A DNA stretch of 12,971 nucleotides from Abditibacteriaceae bacterium. GTDB lineage: Bacteria; Armatimonadota; Abditibacteriia; Abditibacteriales; Abditibacteriaceae. The stretch is taken from assembly GCA_031425655.1 (NCBI GenBank), contig JANPJS010000148.1, positions 1-12,971 of the forward strand. The letters run 5' to 3'. A model generated the notes under the pieces. It saw only the letters and a list, made by a program, of their open reading frames with translations. It did not search any database and had not been told where the DNA came from. This document shows positions 1-8,160 of the stretch, piece after piece (positions within the stretch are counted from its first letter, which is position 1; each line of letters starts with the position of its first letter). A program made the position numbers and the translations under genes.

Positions 1-38
1 TGACCTGCCCCCAAATTCTGATCCAGTTTTAAGGTTAG
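1..38. repeat. IS right terminal inverted repeat (IRR)
   Basis: Inverted match to 1207-1245. The orfB stop codon (35-37) lies inside it. Confidence 0.93.
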
Positions 39-919
39 TCTTTTTCTTTGTCTGACTCGGCTTGGGCGTTTAGGAAGGCCTGCCGAAACTCGGCGGGTGT
101 TTGATAGCCCAAACTCGAATGGGGACGCTCTTCATTGTAATAGCGCTGGTAGCGTGCCAGAAGCACCCGCGCTTCAGCCCGGTTTTTAAACCACTCCCGG
201 CTTAAGCATTCGTCGCGGAGCTTGCCGTTGAAACTCTCGGCGATTCCATTTTGCCACGGACTACCCGGTTCGATGTAGTGCGTTTGCACCTGCTGCTCAT
301 GCAGCCAGTTTTTGACCGCCTCGGCAATGAACTCCGGCCCGTTGTCACTGCGGATGCCTGAGGGGGCACCACGTTCGGCAAATACCCGGCTCAATACGAC
401 CACAACGGCTGAGGCCGTCATCGAACCACCCACTTCCAAGGCTAAACTTTCGCGAGTGAATTCGTCTTCCAGAGTGAGTATTTTGAGTTTCGCACCATTA
501 GCGCACTCGTCATGGACGAAGTCGTAGCACCAAATGTGGTTGGGACGCACCGCCCGTTCCCCGATCCGAGACACTTGAGAAGCCGGGTGCCGTTTCTTGG
601 GACGGCGGCGAGGCAAGCTCAAACCGGCTGTCTTCCACGCTCGTTGCACACGCTTGTGGTTGAGCGGCTTGCGTTCTTGGCCCTTCTCCTCCCGGTTAAG
701 CAATGCCCCAGCGCGACGGGAGCCAAATCGGGGATGCTCCAGAGCCAACCGACGCAAGCGCTCGGCCAGTGCCTGATCCCGCTCCTGCTTAGTTGGACTG
801 GGCGCATAACGCACGCTGGATCGGCTGAAGCCCAACGCTTGGCAGACACGCCGTTGAGAGAGGGGATGGTGCGCCGCCACCTGTTGCACCATCTCACGTC
901 GGGCAGCGGGGTTGGCTAC
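35..919 (-). CDS. IS3-family transposase OrfB (integrase-like DDE domain), probably expressed as an OrfAB fusion of about 382 aa
   Basis: Catalytic motifs WCYDF, IRSDNGPEF and NGIAESFNGKLRDECL, plus YNEERPHSSLGYQTP. The frame is open from the slippery site (…KKVANPAARREMVQQ…); the first ATG is at 892. Confidence 0.95.
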   Translation of the reverse strand, partial: VANPAARREMVQQVAAHHPLSQRRVCQALGFSRSSVRYAPSPTKQERDQALAERLRRLALEHPRFGSRRAGALLNREEKGQERKPLNHKRVQRAWKTAGLSLPRRRPKKRHPASQVSRIGERAVRPNHIWCYDFVHDECANGAKLKILTLEDEFTRESLALEVGGSMTASAVVVVLSRVFAERGAPSGIRSDNGPEFIAEAVKNWLHEQQVQTHYIEPGSPWQNGIAESFNGKLRDECLSREWFKNRAEARVLLARYQRYYNEERPHSSLGYQTPAEFRQAFLNAQAESDKEKD

Positions 920-925
920 TTTTTT
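874..925 (-). promoter_or_regulatory. Programmed -1 ribosomal frameshift signal: A_AAA_AAG plus a downstream stem
   Basis: Minus strand reads GGA AAA AAG TAG at the end of orfA (heptamer at 919-925). Nine nt downstream, CCGCUGCC (909-902) can pair with GGUGGCGG (881-874), giving 8 bp with 2 G-U pairs. orfB is in the -1 frame. Confidence 0.85.
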
Positions 926-1182
926 CCCAACACCTCCTTAAGAATGGCGTTGTCGAGCATAGTCTCAGCCACCAGCTTTTTGAGGCGGCTGTTCTCTTGT
1001 TCCAACTCACGCAGGCGCCGCGCCTCGTTGATTTGCAAGCCGCCATACTTCTGGCGCCACTTGTAGAAGCTGTTCTCACTGATCCCGTGCGCGCGGCACA
1101 GCTCAGCGATGGTTGTCTCGCCTTTTTCCGCCTGCTGTAACAGGCCGATAATCCGTTCCTCGCTCCACTGTCGGGTTTTCAT
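916..1182 (-). CDS. IS3-family transposase OrfA (HTH + leucine zipper), 88 aa
   Basis: MKTRQWSEERIIGLLQQAEKG…IAELCRAHGISENSFYKWRQKYGG…LRELEQENSRLKKLVAE. AAGGA RBS lies 8 nt upstream (1191-1195). Confidence 0.95.
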   Translation of the reverse strand: MKTRQWSEERIIGLLQQAEKGETTIAELCRAHGISENSFYKWRQKYGGLQINEARRLRELEQENSRLKKLVAETMLDNAILKEVLGKK

Positions 1183-4100
1183 CTCGTCGTTCCTTTGGCT
1201 GAGATTCTAACCTTTCAAATGGATCAGTTTTTGGGGTGCAGGTCATAGTGCATGTTAAAAGCATAAGAATTGACCATTCTAACCTCCAACGCTCCCTGCG
1301 CGCCACATCAAGAACATGGCTTAACTCGCTGCTGCTCGGCCAACCTTCGCACAAAGCAGCTATTTGTCCTTTACGAATCGAGTGCTTAAGATTATTAACT
1401 TCGCTGTCATCCTGTTGAAGCCGTTGTTGGTATTCTTCCCACTGTGTGCCCAGTATGCGATTTAGAACCTTCTTGTCTCCAGCGAAATGTTGACCAATCA
1501 GTTCTGCCGCGAGATAAGGTTGACCTAAATCCAACTCATCGAGACAAAAATCAAGTAACAATTCCCTTTCACCTACACGATTAAGAAAAAGCAAAACCTC
1601 ATCTCTGATAATCCCCAGTTCCTTTTTATTGCGAATGAATTTCAAAGCCTCGGCACGCGCGATGGGATAATCATCTATAAGTGGTAACGCCAAGTCCCAA
1701 AACTCATGTGCATCATTGCCAAGGGAAAGCAATTTGACCGGTGGATAACCTAACGAGTGCTCTATGTATTGCCAATTTGCGAGGATTAATTCTACGAATG
1801 GTGTGTTGTCATGAGTCCAAAAATAATGCTGATCCCGTGAATAGACCTGCAAGATATCCAGACGATTCATAGTAAGTATGCCGCTAAATGCTGCCATGCC
1901 CTTCTCATGTCCGTAAGGCATTCGCACAGCTAAGCCAGCAGATAATGATTGAATTGCATCTTCCTCTAAAGTGCTTCGCATCCGTTGGTGGTAACCGCAG
2001 GAAGCGATAGTCATGGTCGCTGCATCAGAATCGTAATCATATAATTTCAAAAGTTCCAAATCAAATGCATCATTACCACTACCATCACGCAAATGTGTGG
2101 CGATAACGCGCCGCAAGTTGGCTGAAATCGGAGTTGCTAAATTTAAAATTCGGCTGCGGATTTCGGGGTCTTTTTCGTAGGTTTTCGCGATGGCCGCAAA
2201 TTGACCGGCTGACTTTTGCAACATCTGTAAAGCCAATGGGCGCACACGTGGATCGAATGAGTAATCTATTACAAGGTGAGCTAAAGCTTCTTCATAGCGC
2301 TCATCGTGAAGCAACTTATCTGCACCAACTGAAAAAAGTAGATTCGTTACTTCCGTATCTTTAGGCAAAACGCCAAGTTTGTTAAGACCCACCAAAACGC
2401 CACTTTTGTGTCGGCATGATTCATCAGCTAATAACTCAACCAGTCGTTTACGACAAGCATCTTTATCGGCTATGATGTTTGGTAGATTATAGGCAATGTT
2501 ACCTGCTTTATCTGAAGGGCCGTAAGCCAAATTTGTCAGTAACTCTTTGACTTCTATATCATCCATTCCCCAACCATCAAGTAAGGCTTGGGCAGGGAGA
2601 TTGGGCCAATCTACTCGTGTTGCTTCGGTGGCGTTTTCAAGCAGTAAGGCTTTTCCTGTAGGGGTGCGGCCAATCAGAACAGCCTCGCCTAAGAAAATGC
2701 GGTGTTCGTAATCAGGTGCTTGAGTCAGCCATGCTTCGACTGCCTCGACCACAATCGGGTGATCTTTGAAGTTCTGATTTAAGAGTTCAAATTCTTTGCC
2801 GTGCAAATTAAAAAGCAGATTATCCAACGAGTAATTTTTTGTTTCTGTCTGACGTAAGCGGTGGCGAATTTGCCACGCTACGAATCGCGCTACAACATCA
2901 TCTTGTGAATAGTTTTTCAAAAGAACTGCACCTACTGTCTCAGCCAGATAGTGACCATCACTACTACCTAATTTTCTATGAAGAATGCGCCCGGCTAAAG
3001 CAAAACATTCCCGACGAAGTTCCAAAGAACCGGGCCATCCTTTAATTAATGCGTCGGCTATAGAGTCCCGGTATGACAGACTTAGTTCCTGCCAATACTT
3101 CCCGCTGTAGAGCAGTGCCTTCATATCAGCGGATGCTTGTCGTCCTTGAAGCACTTTGCCGATGTGCCCAAATATACGTAGGTCGTGAAAAAGAGAGGAA
3201 CAAGCTGAATCTACCGACTGTTCGGCTTTTGGATGATTGGGCCATCCTTCAAGCAAACCTTCTAATGCAGCAGTTCTCACCGAAGGATTGACTGCATTGA
3301 GAGAAAGTTCTGCTATTTGATCTCCACATTCTACATCGCCTTGGCAAAGAGCAGCATATGCTTTTGCCGCAGCGCGGCAGTAAGATGCTTCTTCATCGAA
3401 CATGGCACGCCAAAGAGATTGCTCTACATCCGGTTTTCGTTCCCATGTTCCCAAGTTTCTAAGCAGACCTTCCCACATTCCTTGACGCCGGGGAAACCAA
3501 CTGCGAACTTTTTCACTTGCTCGATCTTTTAGACGCGCTGACCGCAAGCCAAACAAAACACGCTCCATCATACGTTCGGCGTGGGGCGCGTAATGGGCAT
3601 ACTCTATGCGTTCAAAAGCTCGTTCTGCCAGTTGCTTGGCCAAATTAGCAGGACAGCCGAAGGGGCCAAACGCGACCTCACTCAGGAGTTCCGCGACATT
3701 ATATTCTGCGACATGATTGGCCGCACCTGCTTTATCCAAATTCTCCACCATGCGACGCACTTTGTCTGGCGCTGAAGTAAGGGAAAAGAGGGACAGAATG
3801 GTTTCGCGCCACTGGCGGTTCGCCCCTTGCTTTTCTAAAACTTCCAATTGTTCAATTTCTGGCAAAGTGTTTAGATGTTCAGCCGCTAAATATTCTTGAA
3901 ACACACGATGGAAAAATCCCACCTGTGTCGGCGATTTACGGGTTAAAAGTCCAGTGTTTTGGTCGCCAATAGTTATCAATGCATGGCTGAGTTGCTTAGC
4001 TTTTCGTATTTCCAGACCAAGCCTGTTTTCATCATGCAAAAAATCTTCAACTATGCCTTTAGCTGCTTCAATTTCGATGACACCCTGACTCTGTTCGCTT

Positions 4101-5818
4101 TGCACAGAAAAGGCAAGATAGGCAAAGATAGCTCGCAATTCATAATTTTCCAAGACACGAGATGAACTGCTTAATGCCGCTGCTTCGCGTCGTCTTTGTG
4201 GATGCGTCTCAATCATATACGTCACAGCATCGCGGTAGGCCGTAAAACGATCTGAGGGCAAACGCTTGTTTTGAATCCGAAAGGCAATCAAGAGGCACAA
4301 CAAAAGAGGCACTTTCGCCAAATCTCCTAAATCCACCAAGCGACGCACCTCACCTACAAAACTTGCTGTCATGGCTTCGACTTTTGCGGTTTGTGCTGTC
4401 TCATCTAAACCTCCAAACTCATGCTCTACATATCGCTTAAACCAGACTTTCGCTAACTGTTGTTGCTGAGATGGTGAAAAATCACAAAGAGTGCCGATTT
4501 GCCAGCCTTCCGAGGGCATGGACAATTGCTCAAAGCCATATGGACGACTGGTTAAAATAGTTGGCAGTTGTCGCTGTTCTATGAATAGTTGCAGTTTTCG
4601 CAATGCCTGTTTCGCAGCATCAGCATTATTCCATTCATCCAGTCCATCTACAATCAACAGCAAGCGTTCGTCTTCCAATGCTTGTTGAATCAGAGGCCAT
4701 AGACGTTCTTCTTCATTGCCCTTTAACCATGCCTTCAGGAGTTCAGACAACGAGCAATCGGCAGTTGATGTTTCGGCGAGTTTACGCGTCCAATATCCAA
4801 ACGGAACCCAAATAGGAAGATATTGCCCCCACTCCTGAGCCAAAGCAGTGATTTGTGGTGCTTCCTTCAACAAGTCCGTCACAACAAATCGGGCTAATGT
4901 GGATTTGCCAGAACCCGGATCGCCTAATATGACGCTACGCTTCTGGCTGCTTAACCATTGGGCAAACGGGCGGCGGGCTTGATAGGTTGTGCGGCGCGAC
5001 GGTTGGCGCAGATTATCCGATGATTTATCTCGCGCCGCATCCAATGAACTCTGTTGCTCTATCTGAGTATTCGGCCCAGTCCAAGTAGAAATGGATTCTT
5101 GAATATCGGGATGAACAAAGCGTTCCGCTAATGAAGGCGCACCCATGTTAGGGTCTGCGCCACCCGGTAAACCAGCATCGAGTTTGAATACGTTTTCGTA
5201 AAATGCGCCCAGTTTTACTCGCAAGACATGAATCGCTGGGCCGTCAAGCCTGTGGCGATTGCTCAGAGTATTCGCTGCCTCTTCTCCGCAAAACTCTTTT
5301 ACCCATGCGCGGCCAAAGAAATCGTCTACAACTTCCGGTAAATCTTTGAGTTTTTTATTGAGTGCAACGCTATCCCACTCGGTAAATTGAATGCCCGCTT
5401 TGGCTAATAAGCGCCGTTGAAAGATTACTTCATCGCTTCGTTGCTTGGATTGCAATTGCTCACGCGTGCAAAGCACAAATTCATTACTGCGAGAACGCCA
5501 ATTCCCTTTACGGAATAGTCGAACCGCAGCACGAATTTTCGCTGGCCCAAAATCTTGCACGTTCTTACATTGGTAGGTCTTATATTTCTCGCTGCCCCTA
5601 ATTCGAGCGAATATATCTATGCCTTGCTGGTCATCTCCCTGCACACCATATTGGCGCGCATCTTCTACTTGCGCCTCTAACAGAACCACGCGAAGGCACA
5701 ACTTTTCAAAGTCTTGCCAAGAAAGTTCTTCAAAAGGCAACTCGTGCTTTTTTGTCTCGACGGGCGGATTTACGGCTGAGGTTGGCGGCGTGTAAAGATT
5801 CGCGGGAACGTTGTTCAT
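1103..5818 (-). pseudogene. Restriction-endonuclease-like (Mrr/PD-(D/E)XK) - NACHT NTPase - HEAT-like repeat protein (NLR/Avs-like), 3'-truncated by the IS. 1524 native codons (5818-1247) plus 47 junction/IS-derived residues
   Basis: N-terminal nuclease motif FEKLC…QQGIDIF…YQCK (GID 5615-5623, QCK 5564-5572). Walker A GDPGSGKST (4898-4924) and Walker B LLLIVDGLDE (4634-4663). Also ILTSRP, PLLLCL and winged-helix FFHRVFQEYLAA. There is no stop before the IRL at 1245, and the frame ends at a stop inside orfA (1103). Confidence 0.88.
1207..1245. repeat. IS left terminal inverted repeat (IRL)
   Basis: Inverted match to 1-38, upstream of orfA. Confidence 0.93.
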
Positions 5819-6013
5819 AAAGCATCCAATGCATTTAATTATGAGTGGAGTAGGTGCTTATGGACACCGAGCATTTTGGACAGAGCGAGATCAACAGCAA
5901 AAATAACGTTCAATTTGGTGCCAAGTTGGGCGAAGACGCGATTTCACGGCGGACACGGTGTACAGTTTCAGTGTGAATGCACCTTTGCCAAACTAAAGCT
6001 ACGAGGGAATTTT

Positions 6014-6343
6014 ATGGCTGACACGATTTTTGGAAAAATTGCGCGCGGCGAGGTGCCGGTCGAGCTATTGCACGAAGACGAGATTTGCGTGGCTTTCGCC
6101 GATGTCAATCCGCAGGCGCCGGTTCATATTTTGGTGATTCCACGCGAACCATTCGAGGACGCCGTGCAGGCCGACGCAGCCACGTTAGGCCATGTTTTGC
6201 AGATTGCCGCGAAACTGGGCGCCGAAAAATGCCCCGGCGGTTTTCGCCTCGTCACCAACATCGGCGGCGATGGCGGGCAAAGCGTGGCGCACCTGCATAT
6301 TCACGTTTTGGGCGGGCGCGCGATGAAGTGGCCGCCGGGATGA
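6014..6343 (+). CDS. hinT: Histidine triad (HIT) nucleotide-binding protein, HinT/PKCI-like, 109 aa
   Basis: MADTIFGKI…DVNPQAPVHILVIP…GQSVAHLHIHVLGGR…WPPG, containing the HxHxH triad. The ATG at 6014 has GAGGG RBS at 6003-6007 and is preferred over the track's TTG at 5876. Confidence 0.95.
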   Translation: MADTIFGKIARGEVPVELLHEDEICVAFADVNPQAPVHILVIPREPFEDAVQADAATLGHVLQIAAKLGAEKCPGGFRLVTNIGGDGGQSVAHLHIHVLGGRAMKWPPG

Positions 6344-6346
6344 GGG

Positions 6347-6414
6347 CAGTTTTGAGTTTTGAGTTTTGAGTTGCTGGGTTGAACTCAAAACTCACAATTC
6401 AAAACTCAAAACTG
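6347..6414. repeat. Palindrome built from heptamer tandem repeats: (AGTTTTG)n … (CAAAACT)n
   Basis: Left arm 6347-6372 CAGTTTTGAGTTTTGAGTTTTGAGTT, 9-nt loop, right arm 6382-6414 AACTCAAAACTCACAATTCAAAACTCAAAACTG with one extra degenerate unit. Confidence 0.92.
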
Positions 6415-6425
6415 ATGGTTGCTTG

Positions 6426-6431
6426 TATAAT
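6426..6431 (+). promoter_or_regulatory. Candidate sigma70 -10 box for a leaderless yqeY transcript
   Basis: Perfect TATAAT separated by 7 nt from ATG 6439. No SD and no recognisable -35. Confidence 0.55.
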
Positions 6432-6438
6432 TTTCGTG

Positions 6439-6903
6439 ATGGCTACTTTAACCGAACAAATTACCGAAGGCTGGAAAGACGCGATGCGCAGCGGACAAAC
6501 GCAGCGTAAAGATGTGCTTTCGACCTTGCGCGCCGCGATTAAGAAAGAAGAAATTGATGCGCGCGTCGGCGGCGAATCGGAAGCGTTGGACGATGCCGGC
6601 GTGATGCGTGTCATCGAGCGCGAAGCCAAAAAACGCCGCGATGCCGCCGATGAATACGACAAATATGGCCGGGGCGAACGCGCTCAAGCCGAACGCGACG
6701 AACTGGCGATTTTGCAGGAATTTCTGCCTTCGCAGCTTTCCGACGACGAACTGGATGCCATCGTAGGCGCCGCGATTGCTCACGTTGGCGCGACGGCGCC
6801 CGGCGACATGGGCAAAGTCATGCCGATTGCGATGGTTCAGGCCGCAGGCCGCGCCGACGGTAAACGCATCAGCGCCAGCGTGCGAAAATTATTGACGGGG
6901 TAA
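6439..6903 (+). CDS. yqeY: GatB/YqeY domain protein, 154 aa
   Basis: MATLTEQITEGWKDAMRSG…LRAAIKKEEID…REAKKRRDAADEY…AERDELAILQEFLP…DMGKVM…GRADGK. The track's extension from 6379 merely translates the repeat arm. Confidence 0.93.
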   Translation: MATLTEQITEGWKDAMRSGQTQRKDVLSTLRAAIKKEEIDARVGGESEALDDAGVMRVIEREAKKRRDAADEYDKYGRGERAQAERDELAILQEFLPSQLSDDELDAIVGAAIAHVGATAPGDMGKVMPIAMVQAAGRADGKRISASVRKLLTG

Positions 6904-7968
6904 TTGGAGCGGCACGATTCTTCGCGCCTGCCCACCACTTTGACAGAACAAACTTCCTCTCCATCCAACGGCGCGACCGCGAAAACATCGTTGGCCGTCC
7001 CCGTCGCCGAGCGCGACGCTTTGCCGCTCATTCTTGGGCAGCAAGACCAGACGCGACGCCTCATCGAGCGCGAACTCGGCGTTGACATCGCGCTCCGCGA
7101 CACGACTTTTCTCGTTTCGGCAACGCAGGAAGACAACGCGCGGCGCGCCGTCAGCGTGCTCGATCAACTGATCGGAATCGCACAAAACAGCTTGCGCGGC
7201 GGGCGCGAACTCAACGCCGACGACGTGCGGCGCTTGATTCAACAAGCCAAAAGCGGCGACGCTCCGGCTGCGGCCAAAGCCGTCGAGCAAATCGGGCGCG
7301 CTTTTGGCGATACGGTTTTGGTTTCCGAGCGCGGCAAACCGATTGGCCCGCGCACGGCGGGCCAGCGCAGCTATCTCGAAGCCGTGCAGCGCGCCGATTT
7401 GACGTTCGCCATCGGCCCGGCGGGAACAGGAAAAACCTATCTCGCGGTGGCGACGGCTATCGCGGCGTTTAAGGCCAAGCAGGTGGCGCGCATTATTCTC
7501 ACACGCCCGGCAGTCGAAGCCGGCGAACGATTGGGTTTCTTGCCGGGCGATCTGGAAGCGAAAATTGACCCGTATCTGCGCCCGCTTTACGATGCGCTTT
7601 ACGACATGATCGAAACCGAAAAAGCCATCAAGATGTTCGAGCGGCGCACCATCGAAATCGCCCCGCTGGCTTATATGCGCGGGCGCACCTTGAACGATTC
7701 GTTCATCATTTTGGACGAAGCGCAAAACACCACGCCGGCGCAAATGAAAATGTTCCTGACGCGACTGGGCTTCGGCTCGAAGATGGTCGTGACCGGCGAT
7801 ATTACGCAAACCGACCTGCCAAACGGACAGGAATCGGGCTTGCGCGTGGCCCAGCGCGTGTTAAATGGCGTGTCCGGCATTGAAATCGTGACGTTGGGCA
7901 AAGCCGACGTGGTGCGCCACAATTTAGTGCAGCGCATCATCGAAGCGTATGAAGACGAAGGCGCGTAA
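6904..7968 (+). CDS. phoH: PhoH-family ATPase (PhoH-like/YbeZ). Start uncertain (TTG 6904 or TTG 6940)
   Basis: GPAGTGKTYLA, RIILTRPAVEAGERLGFLPGDL, PLAYMRGRTLNDSFIILDEAQN, KMFLTRLG, GDITQTDLP, DVVRHNLVQRIIEAY. Confidence 0.96.
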   Translation: MERHDSSRLPTTLTEQTSSPSNGATAKTSLAVPVAERDALPLILGQQDQTRRLIERELGVDIALRDTTFLVSATQEDNARRAVSVLDQLIGIAQNSLRGGRELNADDVRRLIQQAKSGDAPAAAKAVEQIGRAFGDTVLVSERGKPIGPRTAGQRSYLEAVQRADLTFAIGPAGTGKTYLAVATAIAAFKAKQVARIILTRPAVEAGERLGFLPGDLEAKIDPYLRPLYDALYDMIETEKAIKMFERRTIEIAPLAYMRGRTLNDSFIILDEAQNTTPAQMKMFLTRLGFGSKMVVTGDITQTDLPNGQESGLRVAQRVLNGVSGIEIVTLGKADVVRHNLVQRIIEAYEDEGA

Positions 7969-7976
7969 CAGATGTT

Positions 7977-8119
7977 TGTCTCTCGCAAAGACGCAAAGAC
8001 GCAAAGAAGCTTTGAGCTTTAAGTGAAAAGAAGTGTCGTGGTTCGCTTACTCTGCTTTTACCCTCAATGCCGCTCTTAACTCAAAGCTTCTTTGCGACTT
8101 TGCGTCTTTGCGAGAGACA
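7977..8119. repeat. 143-bp MITE/REP-like inverted repeat with 40-bp arms containing the octamer CGCAAAGA x3
   Basis: 7977-8016 TGTCTCTCGCAAAGACGCAAAGACGCAAAGAAGCTTTGAG matches the revcomp of 8080-8119 at 39/40 positions, with a 63-nt spacer. Confidence 0.92.
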
Positions 8120-8151
8120 TAAAGCGAGAGACATAAAGCGAGAGACAAAAA
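8110..8151 (+). repeat. 14-bp direct repeat x3 (GCGAGAGACATAAA)
   Basis: Units at 8110-8123, 8124-8137 and 8138-8151 (last has 1 mismatch). It duplicates the outer end of the right IR arm. Confidence 0.92.
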
Positions 8152-8160
8152 CTCCTCCGA

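Larger units (their letters stand above)
1..1245 (-). mobile_element. Complete IS3-family insertion sequence (IS407-group-like), 1245 bp
   Basis: Reads TG...CA. Imperfect terminal IRs: 1-38 TGACCTGCCCCCAAATTCTGATCCAGTTTTAAGGTTAG versus revcomp of 1207-1245 TGACCTGCACCCCAAAAACTGATCCATTTGAAAGGTTAG. Encloses orfA (HTH) and orfB (DDE) in relative frame -1. Group assignment rests on recalled TGACCTGCCCC ends and the OrfA N-terminus. Confidence 0.96.

Noticed and set aside
1..38. IS circle-junction promoter (-35 in IRR, -10 in IRL)
   Set aside because: Known for IS3-family members, but I could not find convincing hexamers at the right spacing.
1246..1257. Target flank (minus strand TAACATGCACT) resembles the IRL start TGACCTGCACC (8/11), giving the TCTMTCT peptide echo
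   Set aside because: The match is short and in tandem orientation, not the head-to-head arrangement expected for IR-targeted IS3 insertion. Probably chance.
5838..5866. Possible minus-strand promoter for the NACHT gene (CATAAT at 5843-5838)
   Set aside because: The -35 at 17 bp spacing (TGTCCA) matches only 3/6. Too weak to call.
5876..6013. 46-codon N-terminal extension of HIT in the ORF track
   Set aside because: HIT homology begins at MADTIF, which has its own RBS. The extension is intergenic sequence.
5819..6343. HIT gene as a partner of the NACHT defence gene
   Set aside because: HIT is divergent, has host-like GC and belongs to the conserved HIT-yqeY-phoH housekeeping neighbourhood.
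6337..6346. GGGATGAGGG at the HIT stop is identical to the ybeY heptamer array sequence
   Set aside because: Explained by the conserved HIT C-terminus PPG-stop. It is a single unit with no complementary arm nearby.
6889..7809. 306-aa antisense ORF over phoH, and other long alternative-frame ORFs (9057-9881, 9177-9794, 11635-12390, 12032-12658, 512-1066)
   Set aside because: Typical shadow ORFs of GC-rich coding sequence, with no recognisable motifs and fully overlapping well-supported genes.
7977..8151. Repeats considered as a CRISPR array or a small ORF (8047-8298, 8076-8273)
   Set aside because: There is no repeat-spacer periodicity and no cas genes. The ORFs simply translate the repeat arms (RKDAKSQR, AKTQSRK).
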